The notes below the pieces were generated by a model that did no database searches, had not been told where the DNA came from, and saw only the letters and a program-made list of their open reading frames with translations. Below, in pieces: positions 39,426 through 47,209 of a stretch of DNA of 57,497 nt. Within the stretch, counting starts at the first letter, position 1; every line of letters starts with the position of its first letter. Both the position numbers and the translations under genes were made by a program. The stretch comes from an uncultured Fimbriimonadales bacterium (GTDB taxonomy: Bacteria > Armatimonadota > Fimbriimonadia > Fimbriimonadales > GBS-DC): assembly GCA_964451985.1 (NCBI GenBank), contig CAYVKB010000005.1, forward strand, positions 1 through 57,497, read 5' to 3'.

Positions 39426-40232
39426 GTGCGACGGTGTCCCCTGCCGTCGCACCCCATCTTTCACTGTATGTATGCCGCCACGCTTGCCGTCATCGCCGAT
39501 TGGATACGTGCCCTCGCCCTACCCGTGATTTCCATTCAGCCACGCAGCGCAGACGCGCATGAGACGCCGCTTAATGTGCGCATGATTCAACAGGCGTTGC
39601 GCAGCAAGCGCGTTATCGCTGTCGGTGGAGGGCTGGAGGGCTATCTGAAGGCGTTAGGACGCGCTTTGGGTAATCGCACGCCGATAAGCTCGCTGATTGA
39701 GCACTTGCAACCACCACCCGACAACCTGCATATCTGGCTGGAGGTGCGCTGCGCGAGTCAGAGCTGTGCGCAGATACTCAACTGGGCGAAGGCGGATGGC
39801 TTAGTGGGCGTGGTGCAGCGTCAGGCATGGGCGCGTGTGCAACTCCAGTTCCGCCAGATGGAGCTACGCCTGCGAGAGGCGCGCCACACCCTACAAGGCA
39901 AAGCCTACCTTGCCGTCCACGACGCCTACCTACCCCTCACACGGCAACTGGGGATGCGCTCGCTGGGCAGTCTGCAACCCGATCACGAACGCCCCCCAAG
40001 CCTGCAGCGACTGCGCAGTGCAATCGAGCAAGGCAAACGCGCGGGTGTGGCGATGGTACTATCCAGTGAAGGATCCGATTTGGGCGCAACCGTTGCACGC
40101 ATTTTGGGCGTCCCCCTCGTGCTTGCCGACACGCTGGAGACGCCCGACCCTGAGAACGACTACTTCGCGCGATTCTTGGGCTTAGTGAACGCGCTGGAGC
40201 AAGCAGTTCACTCGGGTTCCGGTCGCCCGTAG
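39426..40232 (+). CDS. ZnuA/TroA-family (cluster A-I) metal-binding solute-binding-protein homologue without an obvious signal peptide
   Basis: The C-terminal half reads YLAVHDAYLPLTRQLGM...ERPPSLQRLRSAIEQGKRAGVAMVLSSEGS...ILGVPLVLADTLE. The N-terminus reads IADWIRAL...SADAHETP. The start is GTG 39426 or ATG 39468. Confidence 0.5.
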   Translation: MRRCPLPSHPIFHCMYAATLAVIADWIRALALPVISIQPRSADAHETPLNVRMIQQALRSKRVIAVGGGLEGYLKALGRALGNRTPISSLIEHLQPPPDNLHIWLEVRCASQSCAQILNWAKADGLVGVVQRQAWARVQLQFRQMELRLREARHTLQGKAYLAVHDAYLPLTRQLGMRSLGSLQPDHERPPSLQRLRSAIEQGKRAGVAMVLSSEGSDLGATVARILGVPLVLADTLETPDPENDYFARFLGLVNALEQAVHSGSGRP

Positions 40233-41140
40233 TCGCGCATAATGTTTTGAATCTGCTCCACAAGTCGTGCGGCTTCCTCGTAGGGGCGTTGCCAGATGTT
40301 GCGCCCGAAAATCAAGCCGATCGCGCCCGCTTCCATCGACAAACGCACCTTGCTCAGCACATCGGCGTCGTTGCCCTTTTCACCGCCCGACAGCAGCACG
40401 AAGGTGTTCACCGCGGAGTTCACCACGCGCTGGATGCGTTGCTCGTCGCTCTCTTCTAACTCGTTGTACGGCTTGGGGTGCTTGGCGCGCTCTTCGGGCG
40501 GGGCGAGCTTGGGGAAGTTCACCTTCACGATGTCTGCGCCCAGTTCCGCAGCAGTGCGTGCAGCGTAGTCGACCGCCCACAGGCTGTCGCGCCCGCCCTT
40601 CGCCTGCACTGCCTCGCCACGCGGATACGCCCAGATAATCAGCGGCATGCCGTATTCCTCGGCAGCAGCGCGTACTTCCATCAGCTGGTGGAAGTCCTCA
40701 TCTTGGCGCGGCGAGCCGACATAGAGTGTGTAGCCCACAGCATCCGCGCCTAAGCGCACCGCGTCCTCCACGCGCGAGTTCAGCGGCGACAACGCCTGCG
40801 CATCCGACGGAATCTCCGTCTTGCCGTTCAGCTTCAAAATCAGCGGAATCTTACCCGCAAACTTCGCCAGATACTTCTCCGCGATGCCATATTGGAACGC
40901 CACCGCCGAAAAGCCCAAATCGATCGCCAATCGGCAGATGTAATCCGGGTCACCCGACGGGGGATACGGGAAAAAGTCGCGCGGTCCGTGTTCCAGCCCT
41001 TGGTCATAGGGTAGCACCATCAGCGTGCCGTTCTGCAGACCGTACTTATACATCATTCGGTACAGGCGCGTGCGCTTGCCTGTATTCAGATGCGGTAAAT
41101 CGCTCAAGGAGAGCCGTTTCGTTGGCGTCGCTGTAATCAT
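40208..41140 (-). CDS. Class I fructose-bisphosphate aldolase, DhnA/FbaB family
   Basis: LMVLPYDQGLEHGP, IPLILKLNGKTE, GADAVGYTLYVGS, PLIIWAYPRG, ELGADIVKVNFP (Schiff-base Lys context). Confidence 0.8.
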   Translation of the reverse strand: MITATPTKRLSLSDLPHLNTGKRTRLYRMMYKYGLQNGTLMVLPYDQGLEHGPRDFFPYPPSGDPDYICRLAIDLGFSAVAFQYGIAEKYLAKFAGKIPLILKLNGKTEIPSDAQALSPLNSRVEDAVRLGADAVGYTLYVGSPRQDEDFHQLMEVRAAAEEYGMPLIIWAYPRGEAVQAKGGRDSLWAVDYAARTAAELGADIVKVNFPKLAPPEERAKHPKPYNELEESDEQRIQRVVNSAVNTFVLLSGGEKGNDADVLSKVRLSMEAGAIGLIFGRNIWQRPYEEAARLVEQIQNIMRDYGRPEPE

Positions 41141-41161
41141 AGTCCACCTCTCTACAGGGGA

Positions 41162-41608
41162 TTATACCTGTTGGCGTTGCAAAAGCCACGCCATCGCCTG
41201 AACCGCCAGCAGGTAGCTGTCAGCACCAAAGCCCGTAATCTGCCCCACACAAACAGGCGCAATCAGCGATGTGTGGCGGAACGGTTCGCGGGCGTGGATA
41301 TTGCTCAGATGCACCTCAATCACGGGCAGCCCGATTGCACTAATCGCATCGCGCAGGGCAATGCTGGTGTGGGTGTACGCACCTGCGTTGAGAATCACAC
41401 CGTGTGCCCACGCACGCGCCTCGTGCAGGGCGTCAATCAGCGCGCCCTCGTGGTTAGATTGGATATGCTGCAGCTCCAGCCCCACCGATTGCGCCAGTTT
41501 CGTCGCCTGAACAACGATTTGCTCCAGCGTCGTCGCACCGTAAATCGCTGGCTCACGCTCGCCCAACAGGTTCAGGTTCGGTCCGTTCAGTAAGAGGATC
41601 TTGCGCAT
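41162..41608 (-). CDS. aroQ: Type II 3-dehydroquinate dehydratase
   Basis: [54 protein letters not shown]. Confidence 0.93.
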   Translation of the reverse strand: MRKILLLNGPNLNLLGEREPAIYGATTLEQIVVQATKLAQSVGLELQHIQSNHEGALIDALHEARAWAHGVILNAGAYTHTSIALRDAISAIGLPVIEVHLSNIHAREPFRHTSLIAPVCVGQITGFGADSYLLAVQAMAWLLQRQQV

Positions 41609-41615
41609 TGGGGCT

Positions 41616-41621
41616 ATTGTA
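41616..41621 (-). promoter_or_regulatory. -10 box (caGGTACAAT), 7 nt upstream of the aroQ ATG (leaderless)
   Basis: The minus strand reads caggTACAATagccccaATG. Confidence 0.5.
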
Positions 41622-41646
41622 CCTGCAGAATCGCCTCACAGTGTGC

Positions 41647-41652
41647 TATAAT
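41647..41652 (+). promoter_or_regulatory. Extended -10 box (TGcTATAAT), 9 nt upstream of ATG 41662 (leaderless)
   Basis: The sequence reads gtgTGcTATAATacagatgctATG. Confidence 0.5.
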
Positions 41653-41661
41653 ACAGATGCT

Positions 41662-43293
41662 ATGGCGCGCAAGCGAGTGGCTTTGATTGTCCCGCACAAC
41701 GACCGCAACAGTTCGGCGTACACGCGGAACCTACGACTGGCTCGAATCTGGCGCAATGCCATCCGTCTGTGGGGTGTGGACGCCACGATTATCGTCGCGG
41801 GCGATGTGTCCAAAAGCCAGTTCCAGCAACAATATGACTTCGGCATCGTGCCCACGATGGAGAACCTCACAGGCAGTATGGCGATTAACAGTTGGCTGGA
41901 CTACGCGCCAGGCGATAAACCGATTTACCTGTGCGGCTATCACATTCCTCAGGGCACTGCGGGCACACCTGCCACAGGCGTGCTGGGGCTAACGCCTATC
42001 GAGAACAGCACCACAAACATCAAGCGTATCGGGCGACGGGCGTTATGGCAATCAGGTGCGATGGTCTATGTAGCGGGCTATGCGGTGCGTATCAATAATG
42101 TGTTTCAGGGCTTGCGCGTGGATACCAGCAATCCGCAGTTGCAAGTCCTTCTGCGGCCCGACCCCGATTTGCATACTGCCGACCAGCACGTGTTCATCGC
42201 CCGCTGGTACAACCGCTACTTCTTGCCTACCACCAGCGATAGTTTCAACCAGTCGCTATGGATTGTGCCGTGGATTATGGTGAATGAAGATGCCGAGCCA
42301 GAGTGGAGCCGACCTTGGAGCGCGGATATCGACCACATCATAAGCGTTTCTAACGCAATCGGCATTAACTACAACTTTTACTGGCAGACTTTCCAGTGGC
42401 TGCACAGCCTCTGTCAGCAAACAGGCTTAGTGGTTCACTGTGGCTGTACCACCAGCGCAATAAGCAACATCAGCCCGACGAGCAACTACCTGCATCGTAA
42501 TGGGCGCAATTTCAATACTCAGCATCAGCAGGCACACCAGTTGCTAATTGCCGAGCAGCACCGTCATTTTCCTGTATGCATGCACGACCATTTCTGGGTG
42601 ATTGAGGACACTCAGGGCAGAGGACGCACGACGACTTTCGTGAACCCGATTGGCACATTTCGTGAACTGAGTTCGCCCGCAGCGTTCCGCGCCCACTGGA
42701 AGGGCAGCATAGACGAGATGCGACAAATGGGCTTCAGCGACAATCACTGTAGCCACTACCGCTACGCGAATTTTGCAAACAATCAGTTCTCAGATAGGTA
42801 TCTCCGCTTCCTGCGCGACGAGACGCCCTTGCGCGCCGTGCGTATCTGGTCGGGTAGCTGTAACGTCTCATTCTCTGCGCGCTTTATGGCGCCTGCACCG
42901 TTTACTCGCAACCCATTTGAGCGACGCTACGGGATCGAGATTGTGAACTCCTACGATGTGGTGTGGGTCAATGCGGATCCCAGCTCCCAAGTAATGAATC
43001 GACTCAACAGTGCGGTGTTGGATGGCTACGGTAGTTCTTCCGAAAATGTGGAGATCCTGTGGGCACGCTTGATGGGACACCGAATGGGCACGCTGATGTG
43101 GGATCGCTGGCTGCGTGAGGGTGCGCTGCACTATCACCACGAGGTGGAGATGTCTACGGAATATCCCAGCCTTGCGATGTATGTGTATCAGGATATGAAT
43201 ACGTGGCGTCAAATCTTGCGAGGCTGGCTGTTTTTCGGGAGCATCACCGACATCGTCACTTGGCGCAATCGTGCACGGAGTGCGTTGGGCTAG
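41662..43293 (+). CDS. Hypothetical cytoplasmic protein (543 aa) of no recognisable family; first gene of the polysaccharide locus
   Basis: Long ORF with no TM segment or signal peptide. It is rich in Trp/Asn/His/Tyr and matched no motif I could recognise. Confidence 0.6.
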   Translation: MARKRVALIVPHNDRNSSAYTRNLRLARIWRNAIRLWGVDATIIVAGDVSKSQFQQQYDFGIVPTMENLTGSMAINSWLDYAPGDKPIYLCGYHIPQGTAGTPATGVLGLTPIENSTTNIKRIGRRALWQSGAMVYVAGYAVRINNVFQGLRVDTSNPQLQVLLRPDPDLHTADQHVFIARWYNRYFLPTTSDSFNQSLWIVPWIMVNEDAEPEWSRPWSADIDHIISVSNAIGINYNFYWQTFQWLHSLCQQTGLVVHCGCTTSAISNISPTSNYLHRNGRNFNTQHQQAHQLLIAEQHRHFPVCMHDHFWVIEDTQGRGRTTTFVNPIGTFRELSSPAAFRAHWKGSIDEMRQMGFSDNHCSHYRYANFANNQFSDRYLRFLRDETPLRAVRIWSGSCNVSFSARFMAPAPFTRNPFERRYGIEIVNSYDVVWVNADPSSQVMNRLNSAVLDGYGSSSENVEILWARLMGHRMGTLMWDRWLREGALHYHHEVEMSTEYPSLAMYVYQDMNTWRQILRGWLFFGSITDIVTWRNRARSALG

Positions 43294-44237
43294 CGCAGTC
43301 CCTCCCAGTCGTAGGTGGTTGGCTCGCCACGCAGGCGGCGCAGGATGGCTGTTGGCAAGCTGCGCATGAAGTGAGATAACACAAACGGCGCAACGCGATA
43401 AATCTCGCCTGCCCTGCGCCAGTCGTGTTGTTTTATTGCCTCAGCAAACTGCGGATAGGCGCGCGCCAGCATAATCCGACGGTAATCCGCGCGCAGCGCC
43501 GCCTGCAGTTCCCTTTTGTGGAGCACTTTTGGATATTTGAACAGTGTTTCGTATACGCGCACAGGCTGGGAGAGGTCAAAAAACTTGCGCCAGTAGGTCG
43601 AGCTGCGATGCAGACGGTAGTTATAGAGCGGTTCAGGCAACACACCGCAGCCTCCTGCCTCAATAGTCGCCAGCGTCTGGAATAGATAGTCTTCACCCAG
43701 CGTGATGTCCTCGCGGTAGCGCAAGCCAGCGTGCTCGATGATATCGCGCCGTATCATGGGTTGCAGCGCCAAGTGGGCAGCAACCGCTTCCACTGGCGAA
43801 AAGCGTGTGGGGCGTTCGGGCATCGGCATATGTGCTGAGAAGAAGACCTTGAGAGCCTCTCCGGTGCGGGCATCCACATGGCGGTAGCAATCATAAATGA
43901 TTTCTACCCCCAGCTGGTGTGCTGTTCGCAGCAAAAGTTCCAGACGTGCAGGCTCATACCAGTCGTCAGCGTCTAGGATGGCAATCCATTCGCCCTGCGC
44001 AGCCTCCAGAGCGCGATTGCGTCCCCCAGCGGGTCCTCGATTCTCAGAGTTCTGCAGTAAGCGGACACGCGAGTCGTTCAGGTAGCCTCGTACGACCGAG
44101 ACGGTTTCGTCTGTGGAGGCGTCGTCTACGATTATCAGTTCCCAATCCTTATGCGTCTGCGCCTGAACCGACTCGATTGCCTGCGCGATGTAAGGCGCAG
44201 CGTTGTACGCAGTGGTGATGACGGAGACCGTCGGCAT
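43290..44237 (-). CDS. Glycosyltransferase family 2
   Basis: VSVITTAYNAAPYIAQAIESVQAQT, LIIVDDASTDET, AILDADDWY. Confidence 0.88.
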   Translation of the reverse strand: MPTVSVITTAYNAAPYIAQAIESVQAQTHKDWELIIVDDASTDETVSVVRGYLNDSRVRLLQNSENRGPAGGRNRALEAAQGEWIAILDADDWYEPARLELLLRTAHQLGVEIIYDCYRHVDARTGEALKVFFSAHMPMPERPTRFSPVEAVAAHLALQPMIRRDIIEHAGLRYREDITLGEDYLFQTLATIEAGGCGVLPEPLYNYRLHRSSTYWRKFFDLSQPVRVYETLFKYPKVLHKRELQAALRADYRRIMLARAYPQFAEAIKQHDWRRAGEIYRVAPFVLSHFMRSLPTAILRRLRGEPTTYDWEGLR

Positions 44238-44296
44238 ACGTAGAGGATACCAGAAGCCCAGCGTGGCGCGCCTAATGGCGCGCCCGCTGAGTGAGG

Positions 44297-46195
44297 CTAA
44301 CGACGAATTGGGGGGGCAGGGGCAACAGGCGATCCTTTATCGTCGGACAAGAGCATAATCTTGCCCTTTGCAGGCGGATAGTCGCGCAGCCTTGCACTGC
44401 TCGCGCGAACGAAGATTAGTCCTTCCTTCGGATAGAGCTTGATGCGCGTGCCCGCAGGATACACCTGCCCTGAGCGCAACTCCCAATAATCCGCATCTAA
44501 TATCCAGGTAAACACAGCGCCGTCCTTGAACAGCGGACGCGTATCGCCTGTTGGATTGACCAGCACGAAGCCGTTCTGGAACTGTCGATAGTACAGCCCA
44601 CCTCGATAATCCGACGATCGGAAGAAGACCTGCACGTTCCCCACAGGCTGCCCCAGCGGTACATCAAAATCCGCGTCAGGACGCCAGCTACGCTGACGAT
44701 CGTTTGGCGTGCCTTCGTGGTAGTGCTTGTCCAGATACAGATAGATGTTATCATCCGCGCAGAGCATAAAGCTAGCCAACGCATAGATTTTTTGGCGGCG
44801 TCCTTCCACAGGGTTGTTTACGCCATAGCCAGAATAGATTACGCGCAGGCGAGGGCGATTCTCAACCAGTGTGTTGAGCTGACTCTCCCAAATGTAAAAT
44901 GGCAGATAGCCCGATGGTAGTTGGAAGATGTGTGTAAATACTTGTTCTACCAACATTCCATCCAGAAGTCCTTGACGCATAAAGTAGGTGTGCGGTTGGT
45001 CGCGTGTGTATGCAGCGCCTGCCGCGTTGATGATGAACTCGATGTTGCGCTCCTGAAGAGCAGAGCGCATATTACGTAAATGCTTGGTCATCGCCGCCAT
45101 GCGACTGGCAGGCGTGGGATACTTCTGCAGCAGGAAACTGTTAAAGAAGAAGTCGATAAAACTATCAAAGTGGATCACGTCTGCGCCCGGGTCGGAGAAC
45201 GCCATATAGCGTTGAAGGTTCTCCGCTGCCCACGCAGAAGCAACAGGATTACCGATGTCCATCAGAAACAAATAGCTACCAAATTGTTGACGTTGTCCGT
45301 TAACATTGAGCAAAAACCACTCAGGACGGTTGGCATCGGCATACCAGTACCCAAACATATCGTTGCTCGACCAGCTGGTTTGAGAAGGACTGCGATAGCT
45401 ATAGACTAGGTTGTAATAGATTACATTTTTCAGATCAGGGCGATGGGTACGCAGTGCCTTGATGTCTTGCCATGGCGCGATAATTGCGTCGAACTCACGA
45501 GCGTAGTACACCCAGTCGCGCTGGCTCTCAGGCGCCCAAGAGTAATAGGGAGCGATAAGTTTCATCGAGCGTGGAGCGTGGTCACGCCATCGCTTGCTGC
45601 CCGTTACCTCCAGTTTGTCTAATCGAATGTCGCCCGAAGCCGCACCTGAATTCGCTCGCATAATGACATCAATCATCATTCCTGCGGGGTTCGAGGACGG
45701 TGTCGTATAGGTGAAAGTAAGCTGCGTCCAGTTGGTTGGTGGTGTGGTGGTGTTGAGCAAGACGGTTGTGCTACCTGAGCTAATCGGGCGCGCCTGCACG
45801 ATGAAAGTTCCGTTCGTCCAGCTGGAAGCCTTTACCCACAGCCGAATCGTCACAGGTTCACCCACCTGTGGATAGTCCTGGGAGGGGAAGTACATCGTCA
45901 TCGACATTCGAGCATCTGCGCTGCCGGATGCGTTACGACTAAAGACTATTCGCTGCGATGCGGCACCGCTAACCTTATCTTCTGTGTCTAATGAAGGCGT
46001 AAACCCAGCGGGAAAGCTAACGGAGAAGCCATCGGCAATACCATCTTGAACTAATCCGACACTCGGATTACCGACGTAGTAGTCGTAGTCAAATTCTCCA
46101 TAAAGCGTGGCATAATTGATTAGCGGCGGTTGCTGCGCGATACTCAGCACGAGCGTCAAACCGCTTAACCCCAGCAAACCCCATACTTTCTTCAT
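44297..46195 (-). CDS. Secreted protein: N-terminal CBM-like jelly-roll plus glycoside-hydrolase-like (GH114/GHL-type) TIM barrel
   Basis: Signal peptide MKKVWGLLGLSGLTLVLSIA after a GAGGAGAG SD. The CBM-like segment runs GAASQRIVFSRN...IRLDKLEV. The hydrolase-like segment reads RPEWFLLNVNGQRQQFGSYLFLMDIGNP...ADVIHFDSFIDFF. Paralogue of 55147-57189. Confidence 0.65.
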   Translation of the reverse strand: MKKVWGLLGLSGLTLVLSIAQQPPLINYATLYGEFDYDYYVGNPSVGLVQDGIADGFSVSFPAGFTPSLDTEDKVSGAASQRIVFSRNASGSADARMSMTMYFPSQDYPQVGEPVTIRLWVKASSWTNGTFIVQARPISSGSTTVLLNTTTPPTNWTQLTFTYTTPSSNPAGMMIDVIMRANSGAASGDIRLDKLEVTGSKRWRDHAPRSMKLIAPYYSWAPESQRDWVYYAREFDAIIAPWQDIKALRTHRPDLKNVIYYNLVYSYRSPSQTSWSSNDMFGYWYADANRPEWFLLNVNGQRQQFGSYLFLMDIGNPVASAWAAENLQRYMAFSDPGADVIHFDSFIDFFFNSFLLQKYPTPASRMAAMTKHLRNMRSALQERNIEFIINAAGAAYTRDQPHTYFMRQGLLDGMLVEQVFTHIFQLPSGYLPFYIWESQLNTLVENRPRLRVIYSGYGVNNPVEGRRQKIYALASFMLCADDNIYLYLDKHYHEGTPNDRQRSWRPDADFDVPLGQPVGNVQVFFRSSDYRGGLYYRQFQNGFVLVNPTGDTRPLFKDGAVFTWILDADYWELRSGQVYPAGTRIKLYPKEGLIFVRASSARLRDYPPAKGKIMLLSDDKGSPVAPAPPIRR

Positions 46196-46282
46196 AGCGA
46201 CTCTCCTCTCGGACAGCCTATTATACCACAGTTCTGATACGCGAAGACGGAAAACGCCTGTTAAGAGACCGAGTTTGGTTGG

Positions 46283-46288
46283 TATAAT
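46283..46288 (+). promoter_or_regulatory. -10 box (tGGTATAAT), 6 nt upstream of GTG 46295 (leaderless)
   Basis: The sequence reads ttggTATAATcctgttGTG. Confidence 0.5.
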
Positions 46289-46294
46289 CCTGTT

Positions 46295-47209
46295 GTGAGC
46301 CATTCGCAGGCAGTGCCGCACTGGAGGCAGGCGATTCGCGATTTCCGTTGGACACTGCGCGAAAGTCGCAAATGGGCAAGCCCATTGCGATATGTGGCGT
46401 TCCGCTGGCTGCGTCGTTGGAAGCTGAACGATCGCGTTGTGTTCACTTACGCGGGGGCGCGATTCCGCCTGTTCAGCACGCCGATGACGCAACTGATGTT
46501 CTTTCACGCCCCCCACTGGCACGGTGCACACGACCTGAAAGTGCTGTTTGCGCTGCTGCAAGCGGGCGACACAGTCATCGACATCGGTGCGAACGTCGGC
46601 TCGCACTGCATTCCAATCGCCAAACAGCTGGGCGCAACGACGCAGGTACACGCCTTCGAACCGTATCCGCGCGTGTTCGAATACCTACAGGCAAATGCGC
46701 ACCTAAATCGGCTGCCGAACTTGCATTTGTATCACTACGCACTGGGTGAGATGGCAGGAGAAGTGTGCTTCACTGACCTGCACACGGACGATTTGAACCG
46801 TGTGGCAGTGGATTTGCAGAGTGAGTCCGTGCTTCGCGTGCCGATGCGTCCGCTGGACTCTTTTGAATGTGCCCAACAACCGCTTACACTGATTAAGCTC
46901 GATGTGGAGGGCTACGAGCAGTTCGTGCTGCGCGGGGCGGAGCAGGCGTTATCGAGAACACAACTGCTCTATCTGGAAGTCTGCGATGCGCATACGGAGC
47001 AATACGGCTATGCGGTAGGTGATATGGCAGCATTCCTGCAGGAGCGCGATTGGACGCTGTATCAAGTGGAGGGCGTGAATCCCCTGCGTCTGCGCCCTGT
47101 TGTAGACTTTTATACGGGCGCGCAGTGGCAAAACTGGCTGGGCGTGCGCGATTTGCAGTGGTTGCAGGCGCGCACGCCTGTGGAGGTTGTACAACCCGAT
47201 GAGCGGTGA
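46295..47209 (+). CDS. FkbM-family SAM-dependent methyltransferase
   Basis: VIDIGANVGSHCIPIAK, VHAFEPYPRVF, LIKLDVEGYEQFVLRGA. Confidence 0.85.
   Translation: MSHSQAVPHWRQAIRDFRWTLRESRKWASPLRYVAFRWLRRWKLNDRVVFTYAGARFRLFSTPMTQLMFFHAPHWHGAHDLKVLFALLQAGDTVIDIGANVGSHCIPIAKQLGATTQVHAFEPYPRVFEYLQANAHLNRLPNLHLYHYALGEMAGEVCFTDLHTDDLNRVAVDLQSESVLRVPMRPLDSFECAQQPLTLIKLDVEGYEQFVLRGAEQALSRTQLLYLEVCDAHTEQYGYAVGDMAAFLQERDWTLYQVEGVNPLRLRPVVDFYTGAQWQNWLGVRDLQWLQARTPVEVVQPDER

Noticed and set aside
46196-46651. 152-codon N-terminal extension of the hydrolase-like ORF in the track (44297-46651). Analogous extensions lie at 50428-50712, 30203-30481, 38254-38415, 4658-4810, 12155-12265 and 16232-16324.
   Set aside because: In each case an internal ATG is preceded by a good SD or -10 box and begins a signal peptide or the conserved N-terminus. 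The extensions overlap promoters or opposite-strand genes and have an atypical Arg/Cys/His-rich composition.
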